The notes under the pieces were generated by a model. The model worked only from the letters and a program-made list of their open reading frames with translations. It was not told the origin of the DNA and did not search any database. DNA of 64,000 nucleotides from Anaeramoeba ignava BMAN (lineage: Eukaryota > Protista > Anaeramoebae): positions 124,001 through 188,000 of the forward strand of contig JAPDFW010000080.1 in assembly GCA_028826165.1 (NCBI GenBank), in the 5' to 3' direction. Made by a program: the position numbers and the translations under genes. Below are positions 61,692 through 64,000 of this stretch, piece after piece; position 1 is the stretch's first letter; the number at the start of each line of letters is the position of its first letter.

Positions 61692-63736
61692 TTAATTATT
61701 ATTATTGTTATTATTGTTATTATTATTGTTTTCATTATTGTTTTCATTGTTTTTATTATTGTTTTCAACCGGAAATTGTGATTTGTGGATTTCTTCAAAT
61801 TTTTCAACAACAAAATTGACATTTCCTGTATGAAAATTTAAAGACTCTTTCAAATCCTTTTCGGTAAACAAAATTCCACTTTTTTCAAGAAGTTCACCAG
61901 CTTTTTGAAATTCTTTAGTATATTTAAAGCCAAGAGGATCAAGGTCTTCGAATTCCTGATTAAATTTTTGGAATTGAGATTGAGTAAGTGAATTTTGATT
62001 TAATTTTGGATCTTGATTTGAATTTTCTTTTTGAGAAACTGCTTTAACTTTTATATCAATATAAGCATTTGGACCAAAAAAGTGATTTTCATCTAAAGAA
62101 AGTTTCCAATAACTTGCATAACGTCCTGGTTCTTCATGTGCAAAAAATACAAGACTCACATCTTTAAATTCATTTGGAAAAATTTCTCCAACTTCAATTG
62201 GTTTTATATCGTGGAAAATATCTCCTGTTTTATAACATAATTTGGTTGTTTTTGGAAGTGGTTCTCGTGATTGGTTCGTTATTCGCCATTTTTGTAGAGA
62301 TTGATCTCCTGGTTTTAGTATAAATTTATCTTTCACTAATGTCTCGATTTTCACTGAGAATTCTGTTATTGTTGATTCGTTCATTTGTGTAGAATCTAGT
62401 ATTATTCTGTTATCATTATTTTTTGATTTGGATTTTTTGATCTCTATCAAATGAATTATTATTTTAATTTTGATTTTAATTTTGATTTTGATTTTGAATT
62501 TGATTTTGATTTTGATTTTGATTTTGATTTTAATTTTAATTTTGATTTTGATTTTGATTTTGATTTTGATTTTAAATTTGATTTTGATTTTGATTTTGAT
62601 TTTGATTTTGATTTTGATTTTGAATTTGATTTTGATTTTGAATTTGAATTTGATTTTAATTTTGATTTTGATTTTGATTTTGATTTTGATTTTGATTTTG
62701 ATTTAAATTTGATTTAGATTTTGATTTTGAATTTGATTTTGATTTTGATTTTGATTTTGATTTTGATTTTGATTTTGATTTTGATTTTGATTTTAATTTT
62801 AATTTTGATTTTGATTTTAATTTTGATTTTGAATTTGATTTTAATTTTAATTTTAATTTTGATTTTGATTTTGATTTATATTTTGATTTTTGATTTTGAT
62901 TTTGATTTTGATTTTTGATTTTTGAATTTGATTTTTGATTTTGATTTTGATTTTGATTTTGATTTTTGATTTTTGATTTTGATTTTGATTTTGAATTTTG
63001 ATTTTGATTTTGATTTTGATTTTGATTTTGATTTTGATTTTGATTTTGATTTTGATTTTGATTTTGAATTTGATTTTGATTTTGATTTTTGATTTTGATT
63101 TTGATTTTGATTTTGATTTTTTGATTTTGATTTTTGATTTTGATTTTGATTTTGATTTGATTTTGATTTTTGATTTTTTTAATTTTGATTTTAATTTTGA
63201 TTTTTAATTTTGATTTTATTTTGATTTTGATTTTGATTTCTTTGATTTTTTGATTTTGATTTTGATTTTGATTTTGATTTTGATTTTGATTTTGATTTTG
63301 ATTTTTGATTTTGATTTTGATTTTGATTTTGATTTTGATTTTGATTTTGATTTTGATTTTTGATTTTGATTTTGATTTTGATTTTGATTTTGATTTTGAT
63401 TTTGATTTTGATTTTAATTTTAATTTTGATTTTGATTTTAATTTTAATTTTAATTTTGATTTTAAATTTGGAACTAAAAGAAAAAAAAAAGTTTTGTTTA
63501 ATAAAAAATTTACTAAGAAATAAAATATCAAATTTTGTTAAAGAATCTTTTAAATCACTTTGTTTTGTTATCCTAATCCAATCACCTTCAGAATCCTTAT
63601 AAAAAATAGATTTAATTTCTGAACAAGAAATTAAATTTGAAATTTTTTCAAAAAAATCTTTTAAAGAAATTTCTGAATTAATTTCCGTTGAAAATTCTTG
63701 ATTTTCAAATTGAATAATTGAGGGAATTGCTTGCAT
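61692..63736 (-). CDS. NBR1-like selective autophagy receptor: PB1 + FW domain + LIR-like motif + UBA-like (exons 63736-63514, 62443-61692)
   Basis: PB1 OPCA: SIFYKDSEGDWIRI...DL. FW: PGD...KWRITN....P...EIFPNE..DVSL..A..PGRYASYWKL...FFG...IDIKV. Also QEFEDL (LIR-like) and LKESLNFHTGNVNFVV (UBA-like). Confidence 0.8.
62460..63470. repeat. (GATTTT)n / sense (AAAATC)n hexamer array filling the NBR1-like intron
   Basis: Direct repeat that gives the spurious KS/KI/QN ORFs. Confidence 0.92.
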
Positions 63737-64000
63737 TTTTTATTTATATTTTTATTTCTGTTTTTATTTATGTTCTTATTTGTTTTATTTTGCTTTTTAA
63801 AAAAAGAAAAAAGAAAAAAAATGAAAAAATAAATTTTTATTATTTTTCTTTTTTAAATTCGATTTATTCTTAAATGGAAAATAAAAAATCCTTTAATTTT
63901 AATAAATCTAAAAATTTTCAATTCAAAAAAAGAAATTTTCAATTTAAAAAAAAAAGAAATTCCAAATTTAAAAATCGGAAACTAAAATTTACAGAAGAAA

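Noticed and set aside
1-64000. Alternative genetic code or stop-codon reassignment to explain fragmented ORFs
   Set aside because: Fragmentation is resolved by GT-AG introns. TAA, TAG and TGA all terminate conserved proteins at the expected ends, and Trp and Gln use TGG and CAA.
1-64000. Inteins/Hint domains, transposases, reverse transcriptases, rRNA/tRNA genes
   Set aside because: No such motifs were recognised in any reconstructed protein or intergenic region. Small ncRNAs cannot be excluded by eye.

Overview
This is extremely AT-rich, gene-dense eukaryotic nuclear DNA using the standard genetic code, with about 22 protein-coding genes and about 60 GT-AG spliceosomal introns that I reconstructed by hand. 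Three features point by inference to an anaerobic metamonad such as Anaeramoeba, the sister group of parabasalids: a Trichomonas-type TCATTT initiator before nearly every ATG, a BTB-BACK-TLDc gene and a stand-alone PAS-coiled-coil gene. Recognisable genes include a Furry/Tao3-like scaffold, a TM RING-H2 ligase, Vps68/TMEM50, site-2 protease, TSET subunit TTRAY2/TWD40-2, BRICK1, a double-MRH sorting receptor, a Rab20/24-like GTPase head-to-head with a DENN GEF, TMEM181, STN1, TMEM144, ITPA, CDC50, an AGC kinase, a UBAP2/Def1-like protein and an NBR1-like receptor. The most novel item is a 9-exon gene hidden from the ORF track. It encodes a CH-CH actin-binding domain, nine FN3 repeats, a GAR microtubule-binding domain and a basic tail, i.e. 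a spectraplakin-like actin-microtubule crosslinker with an FN3 rod. Other oddities are introns inflated to 1-2 kb by tandem micro/minisatellites that run up to the acceptor, AAG acceptors (often after poly-A) in about one third of introns, and a 13-copy ~145-bp near-zero-GC satellite. Most long low-complexity ORFs in the track are repeat artefacts. All homology calls come from remembered motifs, not database searches.
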